From positions 60,420,414-60,481,326 of the forward strand of contig NC_068989.1 of the NCBI RefSeq assembly GCF_001194135.2: DNA of 60,913 nt, written 5' to 3'. Shown here piece after piece: positions 1 to 12,115 of this stretch. How positions within the stretch are numbered: the first letter of the stretch is position 1; each line of letters begins with the position of its first letter. The notes beneath the pieces are model-generated. The model saw nothing but the letters and a program-made list of their open reading frames with translations. It had not been told where the DNA came from and did no database searches. The stretch is from Octopus bimaculoides (taxonomy: Eukaryota). A program made the translations under genes and the position numbers.

Positions 1-59
<59 letters not shown>
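1..59. repeat. (AAT)n microsatellite
   Basis: Pure AAT repeats from the window start up to the LINE junction. Confidence 0.98.
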
Positions 60-1128
60 GGGTATGGCTACAAAATTAACAACAGGAAAATAAGCCATCT
101 ATTTTATATGGATGATTTAAAACTATATGGGAAAGATGACGAAGAACTCGAAAGACTACTACATTCTGTGAAAGGATTCAGTGTTGATATAGGGATTGAG
201 TTTGACCTTGAAAAGTGTGCCAAAGCCACTTTTAAGAAAGGGAAACTGGTAAAGTGAAGTGCAATAGAATTAGATGTCGAACCTAATAAAGGAACTTGAG
301 CAGGAACAAACCTATAAATACCTAGGAATAAATGAAGGCTCTGGTATCCAGCATGCATGCATGAAAGAGAAGGTTAGGAGGGAATGTTACAGAAGAGTTC
401 GAACAGTTCTGAAGTCTGAGCTGAATGCATATAATAAGATGTTAGCCATAAATTCCTTAGCAGTCCTAGTTGTTCTTTATAGCTTCAATGTGCTTAACTG
501 GAATACCAGTGAAATAATCAAAATTGATAGAAAAATCCGCAAGCTACTGACTTGTAATAAGATGCACCATCCAAAGGCAGACGTGGACCGTGTTTACCTT
601 CCCAGAGCTCAGGGAGGTCGAGGCTTGATCCAGCTTGAACTTACGTACAAAACCACCACAATCGGACTGGCCAAATACCTTGAAACTACCAACGATTGGA
701 TGTTGAAACTTGTTGAAAAACGTGAAAGACCGAAAAAACTTCACTCTATTCTGAAAGAGAGCAAAAAATTCGCTACTGATCTGTTAGATACTCACCAGCT
801 TGATCAGGTTGAAGGAAATGCGCCAACTACTGCTGCAAAGAAAATAAAATTAATTGCAAAGACAAAAGCACATGAAAAATTAGCTAGCAGATGGGAACAG
901 AAACCTCTGCATGGCAAGTATGTGGCCCGTAGCAAATAAGCTGATGTCGACCAGAAACACACACATCGATGGTTACGAAGCTCAGGGCTAAAAGCGGAGA
1001 GTGAAGGTTTCATATTAGCTGCACAAGACCAAAGCTTATTAATCCGGAACTACCGAGCCTTTGTGATAAAAAATGGAGCTGACCCAAAATGCCGATTCTG
1101 TAACGATGCGATTGAAACTATAGACCCC
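60..1128 (+). mobile_element. Dong/R4-like RLE non-LTR retrotransposon fragment (RT C-terminal half to zinc knuckle), pseudogenised
   Basis: Frame from 60 reads GYGYKINNRKISHLFYMDDLKLY (YMDD at 105-116). Stop at 255-257 and a frameshift into ORF 274-939 (YKYLG, YLPRAQGGRGL). Stop at 937-939, then in-frame AESEGFILAAQDQSL...KCRFCNDAIETID. Cut by the N gap. Confidence 0.9.
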
Positions 1129-2030
1129 NNNNNNNNNNNNNNNNNNNNNNNNNNNNNNNNNNNNNNNNNNNNNNNNNNNNNNNNNNNNNNNNNNNNNNNN
1201 NNNNNNNNNNNNNNNNNNNNNNNNNNNNNNNNNNNNNNNNNNNNNNNNNNNNNNNNNNNNNNNNNNNNNNNNNNNNNNNNNNNNNNNNNNNNNNNNNNNN
1301 NNNNNNNNNNNNNNNNNNNNNNNNNNNNNNNNNNNNNNNNNNNNNNNNNNNNNNNNNNNNNNNNNNNNNNNNNNNNNNNNNNNNNNNNNNNNNNNNNNNN
1401 NNNNNNNNNNNNNNNNNNNNNNNNNNNNNNNNNNNNNNNNNNNNNNNNNNNNNNNNNNNNNNNNNNNNNNNNNNNNNNNNNNNNNNNNNNNNNNNNNNNN
1501 NNNNNNNNNNNNNNNNNNNNNNNNNNNNNNNNNNNNNNNNNNNNNNNNNNNNNNNNNNNNNNNNNNNNNNNNNNNNNNNNNNNNNNNNNNNNNNNNNNNN
1601 NNNNNNNNNNNNNNNNNNNNNNNNNNNNNNNNNNNNNNNNNNNNNNNNNNNNNNNNNNNNNNNNNNNNNNNNNNNNNNNNNNNNNNNNNNNNNNNNNNNN
1701 NNNNNNNNNNNNNNNNNNNNNNNNNNNNNNNNNNNNNNNNNNNNNNNNNNNNNNNNNNNNNNNNNNNNNNNNNNNNNNNNNNNNNNNNNNNNNNNNNNNN
1801 NNNNNNNNNNNNNNNNNNNNNNNNNNNNNNNNNNNNNNNNNNNNNNNNNNNNNNNNNNNNNNNNNNNNNNNNNNNNNNNNNNNNNNNNNNNNNNNNNNNN
1901 NNNNNNNNNNNNNNNNNNNNNNNNNNNNNNNNNNNNNNNNNNNNNNNNNNNNNNNNNNNNNNNNNNNNNNNNNNNNNNNNNNNNNNNNNNNNNNNNNNNN
2001 NNNNNNNNNNNNNNNNNNNNNNNNNNNNNN
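1129..2030. other. Assembly gap (N run)
   Basis: Ns. Confidence 1.
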
Positions 2031-2056
2031 TATATATATATACATACATATATATT

Positions 2057-2287
2057 GCGGGGAGCTGGCAGAATGGTTAGCACGGCGGGTGAAATGCCTA
2101 GCGGTATTTCGTCTGTCGTTACGTTCTGAGTTCAAATTCCGCCGAGGTCGAATTTGCCTTTCATCCTTTCGGGGTCGATTAAATACGTAACAGTTAGGCA
2201 CTGGGGTTGATGTAGTCGACTTAATCCCCTTGTGTGTCCTTGTTTGTTCCTTCTATATTTAGCCCCCCTATGGGCAATAAAGAAATA
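2057..2287 (+). mobile_element. tRNA-derived SINE, family A (octopus-type), with a pyrimidine-rich AATAAA tail
   Basis: A-box-like TGGCAGAATGG 2066-2076 and B-box-like GAGTTCAAATTCC 2128-2140. Body GCCGAGGTCGA..TTTGCCTTTCATCCTTTCGGGGTCGAT is shared with many copies in the window. Confidence 0.85.
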
Positions 2288-2376
2288 TATATATATATAT
2301 ATGCATATATATATGCACACAGACACACAGACACACACACATATATATATATATATACATATATGTATATATGCAT

Positions 2377-2410
<34 letters not shown>

Positions 2411-2560
2411 ATACATATATATCTATATCATTACATATATATATATATATATATATATATGTATAAATATATATATATATACATATGTATATATACATAT
2501 ACACACATGCTCACAAACACACACACACATATATACTGTACATACATATATAGTTATTGA
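2285..2560. repeat. Compound (TA)n/(CA)n microsatellite
   Basis: Direct inspection. Confidence 0.95.
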
Positions 2561-4334
2561 CATCGAACTTATTCTTTTTTTGCACACCACATGGGACTGA
2601 AATCACTTAAAACTTCTAAGTTTATCTCAAATTCCATGATTTCTCCTTCGAGATGGTGAAACTATACCCGAGATTAAGCATTCTTGTATTATATAAATTA
2701 AGTCTAAAAACAACAACAACAACAGAAGCAGCATAAAAAACAAAAAAACAATAACAACAACAATAACGACAACCAAGTTTCATACGAAGCATCGATCACT
2801 TTACTATCTTTTGGTAAAATCAGAAAAACAGTTTTGCATTCAATCCTGTACTTATTTTATTGATCGGATTAAATACAGGAAAATTAAAATGGAAATATTG
2901 ATTTCATACGCAAGATAGAGAAGAATAAAAATGAGATAAAAGCTGCTGACATTATTAATGACGTTCTGGTGATCTATTTTATCCTGTCGGCTTTGCTGTG
3001 CGTGTTTCGCCAAGAATACAATCGCTGTTAAGTGGGGAAAAAGGCTATGGGTGACTCTTACACTGACTTGATATTAACTGGGACTACCAGCGATCAGAAG
3101 AATGTGTGGGCGGCTTACAGAATACTTGCCTGTCCTAAACATTTAAACCTTCATGCTTGCAAGGAGATAGCAACTGGATGAGCATGTATCTTCTCTGGTG
3201 TGCTTTGACAACATCGTATTATAACGTTTCTAGACATAGCAGTTAATCATATTGATTATATTTCTAATTATACCTCTGATTTCTCGCATTCCCTATTTTC
3301 AAACACAGAAGTACACAAATATCTATGCACAAACATAAACACATACATAGACATAGAACAACATTCACATACAGCCTAGAGCATATTCTTTAAAAATCAC
3401 TCATATGGACGAGAACCACTTTTACAGGATAAAAAAAAACAACCTCGATTCAGTCAGGGCATATTCTTTACAAAATCATCGATATAGACGATAACAACTT
3501 TTCAAGTAAGTTGATTCAGTTATCAAAATATCCAGGAAACAAATGGGACGCTCCTTTTGCAAGGTTGGGCATGAATATCTTTTGTCCCACAAATAACAGG
3601 GAATGAGTGTGAAAGGCATATTTGTTCTCCAAACAACTGTCAGTAATCACCGATGACGAAGCCAACATCATGGCGCACACATTCATCTTGTCAAAAACAG
3701 GACGTAGTATGAAGAAAACGATCCTTACACTCCTTGTGTCTATTAGCTAGCTGAAGTAATTGTTTTTTTTTCAGACTATTCATAACTAATCAAATATACG
3801 TAAATATTTCTACATCAAGAGTCACAAGAGGGATTTGCTTAGATAACTCAATTTCATTTAAAAAAAAGTAACAAAGAATATTAATCAGAACTTAGACCAA
3901 TTTCTAACCACCTAAAAACCTTGCTTAAATTCTTTGTCATAAGCATAATCAGCAACATTACCCTACTAAAGTATATAATTCTTAGATTTCATTTTGAAGC
4001 TTTCAATATTCATCTTATAGAAAATACGAAAACCAATAATACATACACACCTCATATAACCATCACTCAAAACCATTAAAATTAACTTGTATACGTTTAG
4101 CTTCGCTTCAGAAAGCTGTTATGCTGCCATCAATGAAAATGCAAACAAAAAGTTATGCATTAAAAGTTTTCGGATTTAAAGACACAATACACTATGAAGG
4201 AAAACACTTGGCAAGAAACGTGGAAACAAAACAAACCAAAACAAGATACACAATGTTGTGTCTATTTTATGCGACTAAGAATGAGTATGTGTTCAGGAGT
4301 ACAAGCGTGTATGCATGTACATATATATATATGT

Positions 4335-4341
4335 ACACACA

Positions 4342-4420
<79 letters not shown>
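4335..4420. repeat. (CA)n microsatellite
   Basis: Direct inspection. Confidence 0.97.
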
Positions 4421-4425
<5 letters not shown>

Positions 4426-6409
4426 TATATACATATATAATTCACTTAGGCATAGTTTAGGTATTACGATACTAAAAACCTGGTGTTAGAACCCAGTATA
4501 CGCATGCTTCAAAAAGAAACCTTAGTCTAGTACAGAACGGTAATAAGAGACTTGAGATGACAAGGGAAACAATTCTTTTTTCTTTATCATCTCAAATTTC
4601 ATATATACATATATATGTATAGGCACATGCACATTTACCAATGCTCATGTATACGAAAGCATCCATCAAGCCATCTATGTATCAATCTATCTATCTATCC
4701 AGCTGTCAATCAATCAATCAATCAATCAGTATTATTGCACCAATACTGTACTAATTTTTCTGAGTCACCCTATGTGCCTATGTGTGTACCTATGTCTCTT
4801 CTATGCATCGATCAATATCATTATATACCTATATTTTTGTAGGTGTTTGGATGAATGTATTTATAATTATATTTGTGTTTGCAAATGCACGTATATAGTT
4901 CTATGTATGCATTCACTACTACTTTATATACACAAATACGCGCAAACACGTTTTTGTGCTTTTGTGTGTATGCTCATGTTTAAGTGTATGATTGACTGCG
5001 TTTATGTATATATGCTCATATATATTATCTCATATATGTGCACGCATGTAATTTTGGCTACGTATCTGTATACATGTAAATGTATTCAAATATATACATA
5101 TATGTACGTATGAAATATACAAATAAATTGAATTTGCCTTTCAGTCATCTTCGTATTGTCTCCCTTGTCTGCCAAAAAATATTAGATTTTCCCTTAAGCA
5201 TGTAAATGAAACTTTCTTTCTTATAAAATTAGTTCTTAATATTTTGAAATTGTCTATACTTTTCTTATTGAATGTCCATGAATTGCTGTTATATTTTTTT
5301 ATCTTTTTATCTACAACTAAGAGGGCATGCTTCAATTAACTGTAACTGTGCTTACTTATTATTAATGACGTCTAATGACACATTATTTCTGAAGTCCTCC
5401 CTTACATCACAACACAATAAATCATGATTAACCTGAAAATATTGACATAGATATCAGTTAAAACAAAGCAAAACACCCCAGCTTACAACAATTAAATTAA
5501 ACAAAACAACCACTATATTGAATTATATTTCAACTCTACGCTAAAATAATGCATTGCCCGAGGTTTCAATTTTACTATGCTGTAGTAGATATCTGAAACA
5601 CGTTGAACAAACGATCAATTATGCCAGAGGCTTTGTAATAACGGACGTCGTTTTATAGAATGTTAATTACTAGAACTGATATCACGTGGAAGACGATAAG
5701 ATCACATAATACGTGTAGCAGGTTGGGATGTTTCGCGAGCCATAAAAAAGATTTTAAAGTAAATGATCAGGCAGATTGTTTACACCTGGATTTCTATATT
5801 AACAAACTCATAAACAAATACATTTTTGATATAATTGCTGATTATATCAATAAAAAAGTTGAAACAAAAGCTGTAGCTTGTTAGATAGTATCTTGAAACG
5901 TTAATCAAACTACATACTTGTTGCCATGTGTGTGTGTGATAACCGTGCTGGTTTAATAACTTCCTTGGTATTCTTTCGAAAGAAACTTATTAAAGGTGAT
6001 ACGTAATTTGTGAAACTTGTAACATTATGTCTGGCCAAAGATGATGTATTACCTGGCGTGAAAATGATTTCAATTCTTTCCTTAAAGGATTTTATGCACA
6101 ATCGTTCCAGTGAATGTAACTGGTATTCTACTAAGAAAATATTTTCACAATAATGGACATATAAACTAACAAAGTGGAAAAAAAGAATAATTGCAAATTG
6201 CTTATATTGAACAATTGCATGACTTTGAAAATCTGAGGTGTAACGAAACGTAATCATCGACTTCAGAAGGATAAGCATTGATGCATATATTGAATAACTA
6301 TTTCAGTACCTCTGTATACAAACACATAACATATGCACGCGCACACACACACACATAGCCATAAAATCTGGAGGTATGAAAGGGGAATATTTATTTAGTT
6401 AACCACGTG

Positions 6410-6445
6410 ACTTCCATTGGTCCGGGGCGATTTCGTTTCGCCTAG
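6410..6445 (-). promoter_or_regulatory. Candidate CCAAT + E-box (GTCACGTG) module in a locally CpG-rich patch
   Basis: Minus strand reads GGCGAAACGAAATCGCCCCGGACCAATGGAAGTCACGTGG. Motif match only, with no linked gene seen. Confidence 0.25.
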
Positions 6446-7191
6446 CTCTGACGTATATTGTATTTTTTGTAACATTATACGTCATCCAAAGGGATTCTGC
6501 CCGAACGGTAACCTGCAGCTTCACGGGTTTAAACAACCCATATAAATTAAGTACGTAGAATTAGGTATTATTGGTAATTTTTGTATTATAGGACTGCTTT
6601 TATTGGATAGTTCGAATATTTCCTGACATGGCAAACCAGTGGATAATTTATAGAATCTCTGTATATATTTCCGATTAGGTGATTCGATTTGGTTTCGGAA
6701 GTGATACGTGCATGCAACATTAATAAACCGCCACTACACCGATATATATATCCGTCGCTCCGACGATCACTTCTGGAGCAATTTCTTTTCGCCTAACTGT
6801 GAAATATATTGTGGTTTTTAATACTATACGTCATGAAATTGATATTTCCCTGGCGACTAAGCGTACCTTCTGATATTTAAACAACACACATACCTTAAGC
6901 ATGTTGTATCGATAATATATGTGTGTGTTTATGTGTGTGTGTCCATATAATGCATGCTAGTATATGTATGTGTTTGTATGTGTGTGTGACAAACATTGAT
7001 TCCATCAATATAAGAGACGAGGCCGAAATACCTTCTATCTTCAAAACAGAAACAGGCCTCAATGTCTTTGGGGATAATATTTTAAAAAGATGCACGAAAA
7101 CACTAGGGTGTCTTATCCATAAAGAAGTAAGCAGAGGTCTTACTCTCTGAGCTTACATGTTAACAAAGTCATGGAAATGAGTGTCAAACGA

Positions 7192-7600
7192 AAGCTGATC
7201 CAATTCCCAGTGGAAAATGGCCTGATCTCTAACACGCATCACAGCATCTGGCTAGGAAGGGCCTGCTTTACACTGCTATTGTAGCGTAATGACTCGGTAT
7301 TGAGACAGCAATTCAATTATTTTAATGCGTATGTGATATATTCCGACTTTGCGAAGACCTTCAGAAAAGTTGGTTGCGGAATAATTTTGCATAAATTGCG
7401 TGCCTTCGATATGGTTGGAAAAGTGTAGGAATGGTTACGTAACTTTTGAAAAGGCATGCTTCTGGCAGTTACAATTAACACTATTCTCTTTGAAAAGGCA
7501 TAATTTCTAAGTGGAGTTTCTCAGAGAAGTGTACGTAGACATGACTACTCCTGATAGTTCTTTCAGACATGCCCTCAACCACTCAGTAAATCCAGTCTCA
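7192..7600 (+). mobile_element. CR1-like LINE reverse transcriptase fragment, degenerate
   Basis: One frame from 7192 with several stops: ENGLISNTHHSIWLGRACFTLLL*...VIYSDFAKTFRKVGCGIILHKLRAF...EWLRNF*...SGVSQRSV. This matches the QHGFR.GRSC / YLDFAKAFDKV / SGVPQGSV motifs. Confidence 0.8.
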
Positions 7601-9366
7601 TCTGCTACGTTCACAGTACAAAATCATACAGGCAGTCAAGAACCGAGATGGTAACACAAAACTGAACAATTACTTGAGTGCAATATACTAGTGGGCTGAA
7701 GGAAACAACAAGTAGTTCAGCGCTGAAAAATTTCAAATTTCCGTTATTAGTCCACACAGAGATTGCAATCAGAATACATAGAACCAAAAGGTACTGCATT
7801 CTCAGGCACATAATAATTTATTTGTGTACAATTAAATGGGACGATGCGCTCCATTTTCTTTTACAGAAGTCTTTAATATATTTTTCTTTAATTTATGAAT
7901 TCTTATTCAGATCAGTAAAATACATTAATTCAATTTTGTGTGGCATGGGTGCTGTGACCTTGGAGTTTGAAGTGGTATCTTTTAATTGACAGAAAACCAT
8001 GATCTCTATTGGACGTTTATGATAGATTTAATCAATCTACATATATTACTAGTTCTATTTTCAGTCCAGATGATGGATGGCAAAATATATTTCCATTGAA
8101 ATTTAAATTTCGAAAATACTTAGTGAGGTAATATACATTTTCGTTAAACCCATCATTTAATCATATCTGTAATTCGGTTGTAATAACTTGTCTATTTTCC
8201 CTCCATCTTCGAAAATACAAATTATTTAAATTCATTGTTATCTATGAGCAAGAGGCATCCAAGCTTGCTGAATAAAGCAAACGGTAACAGTTGTATTAAA
8301 TTATAGAAGAAATCATAAGTAACAAGATCTTTGTCTACTGTTCTTTATACAATTTCATCAAAGCACTTGTAAATACAGGGGAATATGTGTGGAAACATTT
8401 TGATTAGATCATTTATTATTGAAGCAACAGTTCTTCATTTATTCAAGATAAGCTGACATTTAAGGATATAGATCAGTCGAGTTGTAAATCTTCACACGAC
8501 ACACAAATGGCAGACAATGATTTCAGTGCCAATTAAAATGACATCCGTTGTTGTTTGTACTTACAAACAACCTATAAATCTAGTTAATAACCTTTTGTTC
8601 TCTTTCGCTAACATCTAATTGCTAAATGACTCTAACATATTTCCGAACATAATGTAATAAGTGACGCGGAGATTTGGTTTAATAATAAGTGTTCAAAGAC
8701 CAATTAATAGTCGTTGTTCTGAACTTTAGTATCTAAAAAGATCAGATAATGCAAAAAATGCGTAATGTAGATCAATGAACCAAATAAAATTCATAAGCTA
8801 GGAAGTCCAAACTTCATAGACAGGAACACACACACAACAACCTCCTTCCATATTTTTAATTAACGGTCATCAACCGACTTCAAGTTTTTTGGTATCACTC
8901 TCTCAGTCTATTTCTTATCGTTCAGTCACCGCATTTGTCGTTTTCATATACCTGTTGCATCGGAGATATATTCATGCATGATCATATTCTCTCGAGAGGG
9001 TTACAGTCTCAAAAAGTGTTGTGAAGTGACCGATAATCCATTAATAAATTTTAATACTGATTTAACATTTCTGATGAATAATGCATAGTTTATCTGTCTT
9101 TGTATTCAAATTAGAATTTAATCGCCCAATCTTTATATTTTAATACTATTTATTTCTTGAATGGCTTTCTTATATGGATTGTTACAATCTTATTTCTTGT
9201 ATTATCATCTTATAACTATAACACAGAGACAGTGGACGTTTTACGCTTTCTCTATTGAACATGTATATACACATATATATGAAATTACAGCAATCAATAT
9301 TCAATTTCAAGTATTGTACGTTAATAGATCTGCGTGTGTACGCGTGTGTGTTTGTGTGGTATGTGC

Positions 9367-9398
<32 letters not shown>

Positions 9399-9478
9399 AA
9401 GAGAGAGAGAGAGCGAAAGAGAGAGAGAGAAAGAGAGAAAGGGAGAGAAAGCAAGAGAGAGAGAGAGTGAGAGAGAGA
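9367..9478. repeat. (GA)n-rich microsatellite
   Basis: Direct inspection. Confidence 0.95.
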
Positions 9479-11984
9479 CTAAGGTAGACACTGCTTGGGA
9501 AATGAATCTAGAGGGACACCTTTTAGTAAAATGTTTAGTAAGAGATTTAGCTGTTTTGAGATAATGGAGATAAAATGATCAAGGAAGACATGGTAAAGAT
9601 AAAGTTAACGATTTAAGAGATGTTAATGGAACTCGTCACCTCTGATTATGAAATGTCAAGTAATTCACTTCATCATACCTTACATGAGAAGAATTATTGA
9701 TTGATTGATTAACGCGATCGTTAAGATAGTTGTCCACAGCTATACGTGTTCAATGTAATCCAGTTACATATCTTCTCTGCATTTCAATATGCACGCCAAT
9801 GTTTGTGACTTTATTTTTCTCATTTCCCATTTCAATCAATTTCAGCAAAATTGCCACCAGATGGATAACGCTTTGAAAATCGTTAAGCCTACTTAATAGT
9901 AAGTTTCAGAGAATCAGTACATTAAATCATCTTGCCACAATACAATTCTATTTATTCAGTTATTTCACTGGCTAAATATCCTTTAAAAATGACACAGTAT
10001 TTGAGTACATAATATCGATCAATAATTGAGTAGAAGAAATTAGTGCCTTGACGGGTGGCATAAATCTCACGGGAATTATCGTAGTCAAAGTTACTCAGAC
10101 TTTGAGGACATATGATATTCTGTAAGTGATGTAAATAAAGATTATCATTAATTATATTCGTAACACTCACAGTGCAAATAACTGTGAACGGATTATTTCA
10201 AGATAATTTGTTCACATTTTAGATACAATTATGAATAAGTGTAAGGGTTTCCTAAATATATAAACGTTCGTATTTCATGAGAAAATATTTCGTTTTTTAA
10301 GAAAATCTGCATACAAGTTCTATTTCGTTGACTTTACAGCATTTCCCCGACAGCGACTCCTGAAACTGGAGCAACGAAACTTAGAATTTTGAAGGTCACT
10401 TCGAATGTTAGACTTCACAATCACTGAGGATCGATTCTTCTGTTGGAAACAGCTTAGAAATGACTGCTTTACTGAAACTGGATTTCCTGTTTGGAGACAG
10501 AAAGTAATTCAGTACAAATCAATTTAATCAGCTACAAAACTGAGATAAAACGTTCAATGCTGTTCTATTTCAAGATGTGGAGGTGTGCTGTTTTTATGTG
10601 TATGGAAATTCTAAGCTTAATCCCCAAAAGGCAAAAAAACTGATCTTCATGACGCTGGTCATAAACGTATCCAAACTTCTGATCCCCTGAAGTGCTCGAC
10701 TAACCTTCTTTATATTACTATTTAGTGTTCTCTCTTCCTTGAACTTTGATAGTTTTCTGTCACCTTCGCGGAGGTACTACCGATCCATTCTTCTCTCTTA
10801 CTTTCGTTACGCACATTGTGTACACCCCACCAAGTCTCATAATATTCTCTTTGCACAGTCGTTTAATCCATGACATGTATAACATGTAGGAATTCCTTCC
10901 TCGTAACTGTCAATTAAGAAGAAAATTAACCACTTTGAGCATACGGGTTTCAGAGATGAAGCTTGCAAACTTCATATTTAATAGCTCCTCCCTCAAAACT
11001 AGACTAACAAATGCAAAAAGTAAACAACAAATCTATAGTTTATGAAGTGATATTAATATATAAAATATTCTATTAAATTTGAAATATCTTTCTAACTTCT
11101 TTAAACCATATTTTACTAGATGCTGCCATTTCTTAGTAATACATAAACAGAAGCAAGACGTATAAGCAGAATATTTGGTCCTCACTTGGCAGTGTGTAGG
11201 TGTTATTACCGTATGTTAAAATAATACTTAAATGTCGTTTTATATTCTACAAAAAAGAGAAAATATCGGAAAATGTTACGCTTGGTATAATGTGCCTAGG
11301 AGATAGACAGCGTTGTAACACTAGCAATATCCTTTATTATACATCTGACATAGTGCTAAAAAATAACAACAGTAACAACCACTAATTTATCTGTCTTAAT
11401 TCCAAATCAAAAATGATTAAATGAACACTGACTAGATGTAACTTAAAGAAATTAAAATTTCATATTTGTATTATGCACGAAAAATCTATGCAGTTATCTT
11501 ATATTTAAAGATACAGTTATAAACAAAACTATTTAGAAATATTGAAACTATAATACATGAACATATGCTGAAATAATTTGGCTGACGGAGTAAATTGACA
11601 AGTCAACATAGTGACTGTTTTTAATCACAAACTATCACTCATATCGAGACATTAATAGGTCAGAATTGAAATAGACACAACGGTTAATCGAATTCAGACT
11701 TTGGCCGTTGCTATCTTCCATTTCTACTACATTGCTTTCGACAAATGTCACATGAACAGCATTGCTATGTATTGCATGAAATATATTGATTAGAAATCGA
11801 TATTTTCTGCACTGTGACATTAATGCAGCAGAGTTTTTACACATCAAAACATAGATTCACTTATGAAACAAAAATCACATTCGAAACTAGATTTTGTGAA
11901 ACGATACACACATTTTATTAATCACATCAAGTATATAACTTTCCTAATGATGTTGTATGGATATTCTGTAGATGAGTATATATA

Positions 11985-12115
11985 TCTCTCTCTCACTCAC
12001 TCTCTCTCTCACTCACTCTCTCTCTCACTCACTCTCTCTCTCACTCACTCTCTCACTCACTCCCTCTCTCCCTCTCTCCCTCTCCCCCCTCTCTCTCTAT
12101 ATATATACATATATA
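11985..12115. repeat. (CT)n/(CACT)n microsatellite
   Basis: Direct inspection. Confidence 0.92.

Noticed and set aside
1039-2201. Long ORFs spanning the N run (also 47509-48090, 30283-30916)
   Set aside because: They are open only because Ns translate as X.
2132-2600. YIYI/HTHT/RERE-rich ORFs here and at 4121, 9161, 13780, 23369, 27091, 29394
   Set aside because: These are translations of dinucleotide microsatellites.
3381-3510. Degenerate ~50-bp direct repeat with 78-bp period
   Set aside because: Real but only two diverged units, with no further structure or family assignment.
6233-6265. CTGAGGT..CGAAACGT hammerhead-like string
   Set aside because: The core is mutated, and stems I and II do not form.
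10424-10460. CTGAGGA..GAAAC hammerhead-like string
   Set aside because: No stem III or NUH triplet, and stem II is weak.
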